A stretch of 64,000 bases of DNA from the NCBI GenBank assembly GCA_002269645.1, contig NIVC01001497.1, forward strand, positions 1 through 64,000, read 5' to 3'. A program made the translations under genes and the position numbers. Within the stretch, counting starts at the first letter, position 1. Each line of letters begins with the position of its first letter. Positions 1 through 12,592 of the stretch are shown here, in pieces. Under the pieces are notes generated by a model that was not told the DNA's origin, searched no databases, and was given only the letters and a program-made list of their open reading frames with translations. Source of the stretch: Macrostomum lignano. Taxonomy: Eukaryota.

Positions 1-231
1 ATAAAGACAGGTGAGTGCGGTCACTAAAAAAATAACAAGCCTGACTGACGCAGGTACTCCGGTAGGGGAAGGGGGACTGGGCGGCATCTCAAAACAAGAG
101 TGACGAGCTAACCATTTTTTACACAACAGCGAAGGCACGACAAGTCGAAATTAGTAGACAAGTCGAGATGCCTGCGTTGAACAAGTTTGTCTGCAGAGCG
201 GCAGCAGAGGTAGAGAAGTGTGCATCAGCGG

Positions 232-3200
232 TCACTTGCTGCCGATCTTGCCCAGCTGCTGGCTGTCCGACTCTTCCTGGTCGGAGTCGTCTAGGTCAAT
301 CGAACGGGTCGCCGCCGCTGCTACCACAGCGGCTGGCACCGCGGCGGCGGCGGCGGCTACGCTTGAGACGGCTGGACCAGCTGATGAAGCTACGGAGGCT
401 GCGCCGCCGACGACCTCCCCGCTATCCTGATCAACAACCTCGCTGAGGTTCAGGCGGCCGGCCTCGATGGCTTGGTAGGTGGCCTCGGCCATCTTGCCGG
501 CCGTCAGCAGGCCCTTGGCGTGCTGCTTGGACCGGAAGTGCTTTGCCAGGTGGCCCGGCACCCGGAAGTTGCGCGGGCACACCAGGCAGGCGAACGGGCG
601 CGGATTGTCGCTGATGTCGCCGATGCCGGGCGCGGCCGAGTCGGCGACCGAAGCGGTGGCCACCTCGGCTGCCAGAGCGCCAGTATCGCTGGCGAACTGG
701 TGCGTCTTCAGGTGCAGCGACAGCTGGCTGGGCTGGTCGAAGGTGCACTTGCACACCGGGCACTGCGGCCGGCCGCCCGTGGACGTCACGGCTGTGGCTG
801 CCGCGGTGGCCGCTGCTACTGCGGCGGCTGCGGCGGTGGCGGCGGCGTCGCCGGCAACACTGCTGATACCGACGGCGGCCGAGGTGGCGGCCTGGCTGCT
901 GCTGGCGTGCGCGGGCCGGTCATTCTGCAGGCTGGCCATCGGGTCCGAGGCGGCATCTCCGGCCGCTTCCTCGTTATCGTCCTCGTCGGCGTCTTCGACG
1001 GATTGACGCGATGACGAACCGGCGGTGGCGGATTCGTTGGCGGCGTCAGCAGCCGCGTTGGCACCGTCCCGAGCTGGCGAAGCTCTGCGACCGTCGGGTC
1101 CGCCCGCCCCGTTGGCTCCGTTGGCATCGTCGAAGCGGATCTTCCTCAGCTTGTCCGGGATGGCCGACGCAGTGGAGGCGGCCGCTTTGTCCGCCAGCTG
1201 CAGCTGCGTCTTGCCTGCGGATGATGGCGAATGCTGGCTAGTGAACTTCTTGGTGGGATGAATCTACTTTTTACCTAGTTAATTTTCAATGGGAAATCGC
1301 AGCAAAAATTGAAACGTGCTGAGCTATTCTCAGTCCTGCGACATGACCCATGCTGGGGATCCGGGATCAAGGCCCTCGAGGTGTCAAGGGGGATCAACTG
1401 ACCTCCCCCCCACAAACGGACCCGCCGCTTGCATCTGACTCTCCGCAGCCTGACCTGAGCTGAGGTTGAGCGGCCGATCCTGCACCAGCAGCGACACGTT
1501 GACGTTGGGCGGCACCAGGCCGGAGGAGGTCGCTGAAGATTCGATGGAGGTGGCGGCAGAGGCGGCGGCATCGGTTGTAGCCGAAGACGTGGAGTCCAGC
1601 AGCTTCTTGACATCCTGGGAGGACTTGTTCAAATGCGACAGCAGAGCGGCGGCGTCGCTGCCGGGGTTGCCGGCGGTCGATTTCTCCTCTTGTCGGCGGC
1701 GCTCGGCAGCGGTGATCTGGTTGAGGTTGTGTTGCACCTTGTCCTTCAGCGACTTGTTGTACGTAGACACCATCTGCTTGGCGGACGTCTCCACGCTGTC
1801 GTCCACTGCGACTTCGGCGGCAGCTGAGGCCGAGTCATCCTCGTCGCCGGAATCGTCCCCGTCTGGCACGCCCTCGTCATCGTTCAAGTCCTCCTCGTTC
1901 AGCTGGCCCTCCTTGATAAGCTTCTGCTGCGCTTTCAGGGCCGCCTGGTCCACCTGGCTGTTCTCCTCGATCTCGGTGGGCACGGAGTCCTTGCTCATGC
2001 CGAGGTTCAGGCAGCGAATCTGTCGGTGGGTTTTGGGGTTTTGCCGCTGAAATGAACTCAGGATCTAGTTCTAACACAAGGTTTGTCTGGAAGGGATCTG
2101 CATCCCATCCTAACATCTCTGATCCCATCCTGATCCGGGATCTGAATCCCATCCTAACAGAACATCTCTGATCCCCATCCTGATCCGGGATCTGCATCTC
2201 ATCCTAACATCTCTGATCCCCATCCTGATCCGGGATCTGCATTCTATCCCAACATCTCCGATCCCCATCCTGATCTGTGATCCAAAAATACCGGATGTTA
2301 TTTTTGCGCACAATTAATTCTATCACCAAATAAAAGTACTAATCAAAGAACTGCTAAAGGCAGACAGGCAGCAAACAGTGCAATTCTATGCACACAGCGT
2401 GGGCGTGACATCAGAATTTCAGATCCTTGATTTTAGGCCGGTCGGGCGATAAGCAAGATGGGCAACGTTTGCTAAATTAATTTTTTTATCCTGGTGCAGG
2501 TGAGAAAATGTCGATGAGCTTCATAACTTCTCTCAACTCAAGCCTGGCCGCATCCGTGATTTACCTCCATCTAGTCTGCTAGTCATCGAATCGAGTTCAT
2601 GCAGCGCAAACTTTGTATTTTAGCCAGATTGGAATCGCTGCTCTTTTCGGCACGTCTGCCAGCTTCTTTTATTAATAATTCAGGTAGACAGGCGCACTTT
2701 ATTTCGAAGGCTGTTGGAGAAATCCGTGATATTCACTAATTAAAAGGCATCTCGTGCGGAGACGGACTTAAAGGAAAATAAAGGGCACTGTGATCTTTTT
2801 GTGCAACTTGTAACTTCCTATCATAAGACCAAAAAGGCGGCAAATTTCTTTGGGATTTCAGCGTTCAATCAAATCGAGCCTCTCTGGGGTACCAAAATCC
2901 TATTGACTAATGGGAAACAATAGGATACAATAAAAAAAGAAGCTTAGCGCGCACCATATGCTGCTTGGACTTCATATGCTTGGTCAGATTCCCTTTGGTT
3001 TTAAAGGAGAACTTGCAGTGCCGGCACAGGAACGGGCGAATCTCGGCGTGCGTCCTGATGTGCTTTCTCAGCATGCTGGGCTTCGTGCAGCGGATGCCGC
3101 ACATCTCGCACTTGTACTTGCCCCGGCCGCGGCCTCTCACGTACACCTCGCCTTCGTTCGGCGACAGCAGGCCGCCTTTGAAGATTCGAACCTCGGCGTG

Positions 3201-5599
3201 CGGCTTCGAGGCTGTGGTTGAAGTGGTACTGACAACAGCGCCGGCTGACGCGGAACTGGACGTCGGCAAGGTGGCGATGAGGCTGTGGGCGGCCGACTGC
3301 GGCTGCTGCACCTGGCTCGACATGTTAACCAGGCCGACAACGCTGACGCCGCTACTTGGTACAACAGCCGGCGAGGACAGGCTGGCGGTAGTGCAGCAGT
3401 AGGTTTCATCGGTGGTGAAGCGCAACCTGGCTTGCTGCTCCTGCTGCTGCTGCTGCTGCTCGCCAAAGTCTGTACGCTGCTTCTTCACCGTACCGTTGCC
3501 GATGCCATTCTCCTCCTCGGCCTGTTTGTCCGAGCTGAGCGACCGTTTGAGTATGTGACTCTTGAGAATAGCTTTCACGCCTCCGCTAGGCGGCCTGTCG
3601 CAGTCCAGGCTGAGCGCCTGCCTGAACTGACCGTGCGGCGGCGGTGACTCCAAATCAACTGAGCTGCTCTTGCCCAGCAGTTCCAGCTTTGGCGGCTTCC
3701 GCTTCTGCTGGCTGCCGGCACCGCCGCCGCCGCCCGATGCACCGCCTAAATCGAGGGACTTGGACAGAAGCAGCGGCTTGCCAACAGTCGACCGCGGCGC
3801 TATGAAGGTCGGCTCGCCTGTTAGAGAGAGAAATCAAGGCGATCTGAAAACTTTCGATTTTAACGTCTTAATCACTAATATTGCTCTTACCAGCGGGCGC
3901 GGCCGGCTGGCTGGCTATAGTCTGCACCAGCTGCTGCTGCCCCAACTCGTCGGGCAGCGTCAGGCTTTGAATGCGCAAACTCTTCGAGTCTAACGGCACT
4001 GACTGCATAGGCAGCTTCTGCTCAGCTGATTGCTGCATTATTTGAATAGTGCGCTGCTGTTGCTGCTGCTGAGTTTGCTGTTGCAGCTGTTGTTGCAGTT
4101 GCTGCTGCAGCTGCTCGCTCAACACCTGGCTCTGGTTAGCCTGCACCTGCTCGCTCGGCATCAACAGCTGAAGGCCCGCGCCGCTACCGGTTGAAGCGGC
4201 CGCCTGCTGCCGGCTGGCCATCTCCAGTATGGTCTGCGCCGCCTGCATCTCCTGGCTGCTGCGCGCGCTGCCACTGCCGCCGCCACCGCTGCCGACTTCG
4301 GCCCGAGAGGTGCCGCTGAATTGAGGAAATTATGGAAAAGCCGAATCATTAATTGAGAACTGATCTCTACTGACCCTTCAGTCAGTCAGTGGGAACTGAT
4401 CCCTACTGATCCTTCAGTCAGTCAGTGGGAACTGATCCCTACTGATCCTTCAGTCAGTCAGTGGGAGCTGATCCCTACTGATCCTTCAGGGAACTGTTTT
4501 TTTAAACATCAAAAATCGAAAATCTGAGGACTCAACTCACAATCAGCTGGCTGCACCGGAAGACCCATGCCAACTATTCCGGCCTGCTGCTGCTGCTGCT
4601 GCTGTTGAATACTCACTGGCAGAGCCGAGGACAAGGTGAGTCCCTGCGCCTGCAGCTGACCCGAACCGGACACCTGCAGCTGCTGTAGAATTGAGCTGTC
4701 AATCTTTACTGGCACCTGGACTGGATTGCCGCCGGCCTGGTTTAAGGTCAGCACACCGACTGTCATTGACTGCTGCTGCTGTTGCGGCTGCTGTTGTTGC
4801 TGCTGCTGCTGTTGCTGGGGCTGCTGAAAGCCAAGCGACGAGAGAACCAGATTCGATTGTTGTTGTTGTTGTTGTTGTTGCTGTTGCTGCTGCTGCTGTT
4901 GTTGATGTTGCTGGCGTCCCATAAGGTTAAGCGTAGAACTAATACTCTGAGACATAGCCGCAGAAAATGGTTCCTGCTTGAATCCTGCCAATCCTTGAAG
5001 CAGCTGCAGGTTGATGTCGTGGTTTTGAAGCTGCAAGCTGTCGAACATGCTGGCCGATGTTACAGGCTTAGCTGCGCTGGTAAGGCTAATAGAGCTGGAC
5101 TGCTGCTGGAAGCCAGAGAAGCTGCTCAAGGACTTCCTGCCTGCATCGACGTCGAACTGAGGCACGGCAGAGCCGGCAGCAGAGCCGACAGGCAAGCTGA
5201 AGCTTGGGTTCAAGGTCAGATTAATGCTGGGCGGAGGCTCCGACTCTAGTTTTACACCAGTCTGAGAACTAGAAATCCCGTCGGCGCCGCCTCCCTGATC
5301 GCTGCCCGAGGTGCCGCATGCGTTTGTGAGCAGTTTCAGAATCTCAGCTAGCTGATTCAGCTGCTCTCTAGAGAGATTCAAGCCTGTTGTTTGCTGCTGC
5401 TGCTGTTGTTGTTGTTGCTGTTGTTGTTGTTGTTGCTGCTGTTGCTGCTGTTGTTGCTCAAGTTGTTGCTGCTGTTGCTGCTGAGCCTGCAACTGTAACT
5501 GCTGTTGATAGAGCTGATGATTGCGCAAATTAAATTGGAAACCGGCTGTGGACACCTCGGAGGCTAACGAGCCGGATGTGAGCCCAGCGCCATCGAGGA

Positions 5600-5630
<31 letters not shown>

Positions 5631-6551
5631 AAGATCGAAGCTGTGCTGCCGGGTGACGCCGCTCTCAAAGGACGCCATCCGAGACCCAGCCGATTCAAAG
5701 CCGGACTCAAAGGACGCCTGCTGATTCGCCCGGCCCAATCTGGCTAGCTCGCTGGCGGCCTGCTGGCGCTCAGCCTCGGCCATCATCTCCTCTTCCTCTT
5801 CGTCTTCCTCTCTCATGCTGGTGACGTCAATATTGTGCCCCGACTCGTCCATGGTCTGGTCGTCGCTGTCTTCCCCATCCTCCAGGCTGGAGTTGAATTG
5901 ACCAGGCGCCAGCTCGGCGCCTATTGTACCGTCGGGATTGCGAGTGCGGTGCATCTTGGACTTCAGGTGCTTGTACAGGTTGCTCTTGGTCTTAAAGGAC
6001 AGGTTGCACGTCTCGCACGGATAGGGTCGTTCATTCGTATGTGTCCTAATATGCTTCTCTAGTACGCTCGGCTTGGAGCATTTCACGCCGCACATTTTGC
6101 ATTTGTACTTGCCGTCCTTGTATGGATATTTCCTCGGCCGACCTTTGGTCGACGGCGGACTGTAGGGATAACCGGCCGGCTTGCCAACGCCCCGTTCATC
6201 TTCGGCAGTTTCAGCGAGAGAGCCTTGAGCTGCGTCAGCGTCTGCATCTGCAGAACCGATTGCTCGCAGAGCCGCGGGATTGGGCTGCGCAAGAGCTTTG
6301 CTAGAATCTTTGCTGGCTACTGTTAGTAGTGCATCCACGATTTGAGTATTATAATTTCCGCTGGGGTCCACAGGAACGTCAGTTCTATTTAAAGAACTAG
6401 CGCTAGCAGCATCGGAGCTACGCCCGTACCTTGAATCTTGAATTAGAGATGGCCGCGAGGACGAACACCGGAGTACTTGCTCGCTTCCATCTTCATTTAT
6501 TTCTATTCTCACTGTCTTCTTTAGAGGCCTTGGTGCAGTAGTCGAAGACAT
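232..6551 (-). CDS. shn: Schnurri/HIVEP-family multi-zinc-finger transcription factor (BMP/Smad cofactor), 5 coding exons, polyQ-rich
   Basis: Inferred exons: 6551-4541, ~4295-3891 (acceptor uncertain), 3817-2955, 2019-1455, 1214-232. First ZF pair [53 protein letters not shown]. Second pair [62 protein letters not shown] (HIVEP hallmark). C-terminal fingers [21 protein letters not shown] and [34 protein letters not shown] junctions are phase-compatible except the first. Confidence 0.92.
2095..2280. repeat. Degenerate ~41-46 bp tandem repeat in a schnurri intron
   Basis: About 4 copies of atcccatcctaacatctctgatcc(c)catcctgatccgggatctg. Confidence 0.85.
4362..4490. repeat. 36-bp tandem repeat (~3.5 copies) in schnurri intron 1
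   Basis: Unit cttcagtcagtcagtgggaactgatccctactgatc. Confidence 0.9.
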
Positions 6552-8586
6552 TGTTAACTTCGATACAGGTAGCGCCGATAAACTTTGAAAGGTCTAGTTG
6601 AGCATACGGCAGGAAAAACCCTGTCAAACGTAGCAAAGAGAATCACCGCATGCATGACATGACACTGACAGAAAATTGAAAAAACTAATTTACACTCCAT
6701 GAGGCTTGATTACCTAGGCTAAACCTTGAATTGAATGGGAAGATCAAAATATATCTTTTCTCAGAATCTCAAAATCATAGAAAAATATGGATTATAAGCT
6801 AGCTAGTTTAGTTTTTCCACTAATTGAAGATAGGTTGGTTAGGATATTGGCTATATAATAATTTAGCTGATCGGCAGGATATGAGCTTGAAAAGAAAAGT
6901 AGAAAATCTTTGTAATTGTTGACATTGAGATTTGCAATGTTATTCGTTTAGTTTACTTACCTTTTTGACGATGTAGATCTTGCTGTTCTGGCTCTGGTCG
7001 TCGTATTTTTGGGTGATAAGGTGCACAAATCTACCTATGAAATATCCAAGAGAGAAGTGAGAACAGGCGAACACAACTGGCGGGGTGGCTGACTGCTGAG
7101 CGACTTAGACAATTTAAGCGCCCAGCGAACTACTATTGTGCGGAGAACCCTTTTTTACCCAGTCAGCAGTCAGAGAGATTCGCGGGGCGGCTAGTTCAGT
7201 TTGGCCTGTACACTGGGGGTAGAGAGGAGAGGACAGTGGAAAACCCTGTATTTAGCTCTCAGGGCCTGCCAGACTGCGTTACTAAGCAACGGGCGCTAGA
7301 TAGCCCCCTAGCCTGCCTTCCCTCCCCCCAGTCTACCCCAAGAGTATTGATTTATGCGACAAAAGGAAATTAAAAGCCTGTAGAGGGCAGGGCGGCGGGG
7401 CTGCCCCAATGTGGACTCCCGGGGAAGGATTCACCCCCCGCGCCAGAGAAAACCTCTGGCCCTGCCTTCCACCCCTCTAAGTCGATAAGATACGTACATT
7501 AAACCCCATGCGCTTGTTCTCTCCTCTTTCCCGCTGGAACGCTAGTTTACAGACATATCACACTGTACATTAAGTTCTGCAGATTTGATGTGCAATCGTG
7601 AAGGGCCAGCCAAGGGTGTTTTCTCTTGCAAGTCCGAGTGAAGTTCTGTTTTGCCCACTGGACCGATAGGGCCAAAGGAAAGCCCGAGAACCTCCGTTGT
7701 CGTGGTTAATATTTTTGTATTGCAACGAAAGTACCACACCCCAACTCCGTTCGGGCATGCGCAAAGCCAAACTACCAAGCAATCCTAGCTAGAACCTAGA
7801 AATGCTAAATGCAATGCAGTTTAGCCTTTAGGTGAAGCCATGAAAGGCAACATATGCGAGACACCTTCTTGGCAATATCTAATTCTGTACAGCGAAAGAC
7901 GAAAGTGTATTATGGTTATGGCCAATTAGCTGCCTGCCTGTCTGCCTTCGTTATTTAAATTCAGGGAGTTGTTGTTTCACCATTTTCTATGCTACATCTA
8001 CATGTAACGTACGCAAAATATCTCCACTGTACAACTGAACTAACTCCTTCTATAGTAACTTCGTACAAGGAGGTTTGCACTGTGCAGTGTGCACATGTAC
8101 AGCAGCCTATTCTAAAAAGAGAATCAACCGTTGTCTTAGTCTGTATCCTTGCATGAATAACGAATAAAAATAGCTGGTTTCGTAGAATGCTATCTAGATT
8201 TCAGTTTTCATGCTAAAATTATACGAAGTGTTTTGTTTCAGTTCAAAAGCGACAAAAAGCGCAAGAAACTTACGCAACCCAAATGTAGCTAGCCGCTATT
8301 TAGCCTGGTTTGTTTTACTTGCACAACCCATCCTCCGATCAAATATTGAGGGCTGTTAAAGAGCCTTCTTATGAAAGTTGGTATAAATAGTTGATTTTCA
8401 TTAAGCTAACTTCCCGAGAATATCCATATCTTTTGTGAGATGTTGCCAAAACGCTTCTTAAAACTCTCTGGCTGCGGAAATTCGTGTTAATGATGTGAGC
8501 TGGATTTTTGCCACGGACTATCAATGTTTGAATTGTCTTGAATTAGCAAGCTTTGAGATGTGAGAACTGCACTAAATATAGCTTTT

Positions 8587-9335
8587 GCAGCCCAATTGGA
8601 CCTACGCAAATTGAATTTTATCCAAGATACGTTAGCCAATGTAATGGACTTTTGTCTATGGTAGCAAGGCTGGCACAGCGGCATTTAATTTGGTCCTACA
8701 AGCATCAATTTGGTCGTGAGCCATTCGAGAAACTTTTGCCTTCTCGCAACTGTCTGGAGGTTGTTGCATACCGCTGGAATGTCAGCGGTTCTAGCTCGTA
8801 CCAACAATTTTCAGTCGCTTTTCCAGCTAGAGCTCTGCTGATAATCAAAATCTGATAACTGACTGGAACTGTTCCTTCAACTTCTGCTGCATTTTCTGCA
8901 ACGTCAACAGAGGGTTCGTCTCAACTGCATCGAGTAGCAGTTGGATCTGAGGCTCTCAAGCAACTTGCCTTGGCGATTGCCACCCTTTCGCAGGCATTCT
9001 CTGCCGGCAGAGTTTCAACGCGCTGATGGATGCTGTAAACCATATTTTTTATATTCAGCAATCTTGCAACCTTGCAATGTCCTTTGGGTGTTCACCTCTG
9101 TCGAGTGCTTCGATCACAAGCCAATGGCATTCGTTCAACAGCCTAGCATATGATCCACAATTCTGGGGCTGGTCTTGCGCCTCCGCAACAGTTGCAAATG
9201 AAGCTATGGACCAAATAGATGCTTGTTGGACCAAATTAAATGCCGCTGTGCCAGCCTTGCTACCATAGACAAAAGCTCCATTACTTTGACAAACGTATCT
9301 TGAATTAAATTTAATGCGCGTTATGGGTAGGCTGC
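8587..9335 (-). mobile_element. Internally deleted Tc1/IS630-like DNA transposon with ~130-bp terminal inverted repeats
   Basis: 8587-8715 is the reverse complement of 9209-9335, with a near-perfect core gatgcttg.ggaccaaattaaatgccgctgtgccagccttgctaccatagacaaaag. Between the arms, a frameshifted minus-strand remnant reads LVIEALDRGEHPKDIAR..VYSIHQR..LRKGGNRQGKL..QIQLLLDAVETNPLLTLQKMQQKLKEQF..ISRALAGK..PAVCNNLQTVARRQKFLEWL, typical of the N-terminal HTH region of Tc1/IS630 transposases. No DDE domain; target-site duplication not resolved. Confidence 0.7.
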
Positions 9336-10887
9336 CTGGGTTGAAACGCGATTAAAACGCTCTACATTTGTCCGCCGTCACTGTCTATGGTCAAAGCAAT
9401 CTGCTCACGACTGATTTAAGCATGGGTAAAATTGGATAAATTTTCGTCTCAGTATATTTAACTGCGAGAGCAAACACAACATGAATGAAACACGAAATAA
9501 ACGAAAGAATCCAGTAAATAACGTGGTTAACGTGGTTGGATAGTTCATCAATAGTTACCTCAAATACATGGTCGTAGTTAGAAACTGCAATCCACGACAC
9601 ATCTGTCTAGCGTGGTGTAATGTTGAATGTGCTTGGATTGGACAATTCTGCGTCAATCAACTGCTGCTGTCTTTCGCTCAGACCAGTCCATTGACTAACT
9701 TCTTCACCAGGATCACGATGTCCAAGTTGCTGCAGAAACGCAATCTCATTCATTTCTAAACCGCTAATATCTTCCTCTAGTATTGATTCCCAGTGAAAAA
9801 TGGCTAATTCCGAACCTTTAAAGCTGTTTAAATCTTATTTTCTCTCCCACCCACCAGGAGAAGAATGCTTCAAACTCTATTTGGGTTTCAACCATAGACA
9901 GTCTCCGCGGACTGCGAAACCGCCACTAAGCATATAGCTAAAGCTTTTTCAACCATAGACAGTTTCTGTGGACGTGAAACCGCGTTGTGCGTCCGCGCTT
10001 CAGCCTACCGATAACACTAATATGGACTGGCTGTTGAGGACTGAAATGAAGCTATATTATATTATACGAGTATAATGCTAATGAGGAAACTGTGTAACGA
10101 AGACTTACGGTAATACTTATTGAAAGGGTTATCAATTCCAAAAGGAGGTACAATAATGCAACTATACATGTCGTCCTCCCCGATGGGGGAAAGTTCAGTA
10201 GGTTTACTGCATCTGCGAATGAAACCGACGAATTGAACAAGCCCAAATTATTCCTTTTTAGCAATGCCAGTCGTACTCCTGTACTGCTTAACCCCTGTTA
10301 CTGTCAATAGCATGCGATCTATTTATTTCTTTCTAACCTCACCAAATTAAATTCTTCAAACTGTTTATAGCACTGAGCTACACGTGAACATGCGCTTTTT
10401 TTAAATTAGATAGCTGGCTACATATGCATGTTGCTAAAATAATGTCCATTCGGCCAGTACGCGAGAGCGTACATGTACATCCACAGTTTTCATGTAGCCG
10501 ATAACATTAGCAAGTGTGGCAAGCTATTAATTACCGCTGTTAGCGAATGCGAAACTAAGTGTGCTGTGTACAGTAAATGGCGTGTTATCTTGTAAGCTGT
10601 TGCTGTACTACAGTAAACGGTACCATGCATGCGACCATGTACACGAAACTCATTTGCAGTTAACTATCTGATTGCTGTTCTTGAAAATGCAGTGCGGCTT
10701 ATGGAACTGCAAACCAGTTACAGCAGAGCATATTATAACAGTTTATTTATAGACATTTGTTTCAACTGTCAAGACTAGCAAATAAATGCTGTGCTAAATC
10801 TTTTTCCTGAAACAATCACGACAACGAGCGCTTTGCTTTGCACGGAATGCATCGATATAGATGCACCTATATGAGCACACTCATTGG

Positions 10888-11497
10888 ACTAATGGGGACT
10901 GGGCACACTCGCTAGACTGATGGGGACTTGAGCACAATCACAGGACTGGTAGGGACTGAGCACACTCGCAGGACTGGTGGGGACTGAGCACACTCTCAGG
11001 ACTGGTAGGGACTGAGCACACTCGCAGGACTGGTGGGGACTGAGCACACTCTCAGGACTGGTAGGGACTGAGCACACTCGCAGGACTGGTAGGGACTGAG
11101 CACACTCTCAGGACTGGCAGGGACTGAGCACACTCGCAGGACTGGTAGGGACTGAGCACACTCGCAGGACTGGCAGGGACTGAGCACACTCGCAGGACTG
11201 GTGGGGACTGAGCACACTCTCAGGACTGGCAGGGACTGAGCACACTCGCAGGACTGGTGGGGACTGAGCACACTCTCAGGACTGGTAGGGACTGAGCACA
11301 CTCGCTAGACTGATGGGGACTTGACTCACTTGAGCACACTCACAGGACTGGTAGGGACTGAGCACACTCGTAGACTGATGGGGACTTGACTCACTTGAGC
11401 ACACTCTCAGGACTGGTAGGGACTGAGCACACTCGCTAGACTGATGGGGACTTGACTCACTTGAGCACACTCACAGGACTGGTAGAGACTGAGCACC
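10888..11497. repeat. 28-bp minisatellite
   Basis: Unit gggactgagcacactc(g/t/a)caggactgg(ta/tg/ca), about 20 copies with some longer variants. Confidence 0.95.
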
Positions 11498-12419
11498 AGA
11501 ACGCTGGATCTGCAATAATTGATGCAAAGCTCAAATCTCATGTTGCAATTGTACAAGCGCTTCTGCTATGTCCTAAGAACAGCAGAAGATAATTTTATCG
11601 CGCAAATAAAACATTGAAGAAGCTTCTAAAGTGTGTCACGCCTATTCAACATTAAGCCTGGGTGCAAATACGAGTATCATCAGGTATTCGTAAGGATTTT
11701 CTATAAGCAAAACGAATGGCGCGATTGATTTTTCATCTCGTACTTATCACCTGCAGAGGCGGGGCCGATTTGAAAATCTATTTTTACACTGCGCACTCAG
11801 GTTAATGGGTCTGTAGAGTAAGATAGGGCGAAAAAATTTAGCGACTCAAATGAATGAAAAAAGGATGCACAGCACAGCATCAGAAAAATTGACACTGGCT
11901 AATCTGATTTTGCTTCGCTCTGTAAGAGCAAGAGTAAGAACACGTGCAAGAGCACTTTTGTGAGGGTTTTGCGTCACCGCTCTACCGGTAGATATACGGC
12001 GTATTTCAGTCGGATGGAACAAAGGCAATTTTTAGCGTCAGCGGAAGAGCTCAATGATAGTGATAGCCGTTGGGAAAATTTAAGCAGCGAGGAGGTAGCA
12101 CAATGGAAGCTTTTGAGGCATGGAAATTTGTCTCAACCTCCTTCATAACCGAATGGAACGGGAAGAAATGCTTTTGCTATAGCAATAATTACAGGGGACA
12201 GAAAGGTACGATTGACAATGGCATATACGGCTTAAAATCTGGGATTTTAACTGCAGCCCGCGATGAATAAGTGCGTCAGATCGGGCTGCCTGACGTCACG
12301 GAATTCGTTACAGGTTACAGTTCCCCCTGTACTCCATTTAGCCGATTGCTAGCTAGGTTGGAAAGCTTGCCGCAGCCAGCGGTAATAGGTATTTTAACAG
12401 CTCAGGCAGAAGACAGAGA

Positions 12420-12592
12420 GAGCTATCAGGGGACAGGGGCTATCAGGGGACAGGGGCTATCAGGGGACAGGGGCTATCAGGGGACAGGGGCTATCAGGGG
12501 CTATCATGGGCTATCAGGGGACAGGGGCTACCAGGGGACAGGGGCTATCAGGGGACAGGGGCTATCAGGGGACAGGGGCTATCAGGGGACAG
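12420..12592. repeat. 17-bp minisatellite
   Basis: Unit gctatcaggggacaggg, about 10 copies. Confidence 0.95.

Noticed and set aside
168-6300. Plus-strand ORFs antisense to schnurri, and antisense ORFs over APOL, cul2 and TRPM exons
   Set aside because: They are shadow ORFs of GC-rich coding sequence with no recognisable domains.
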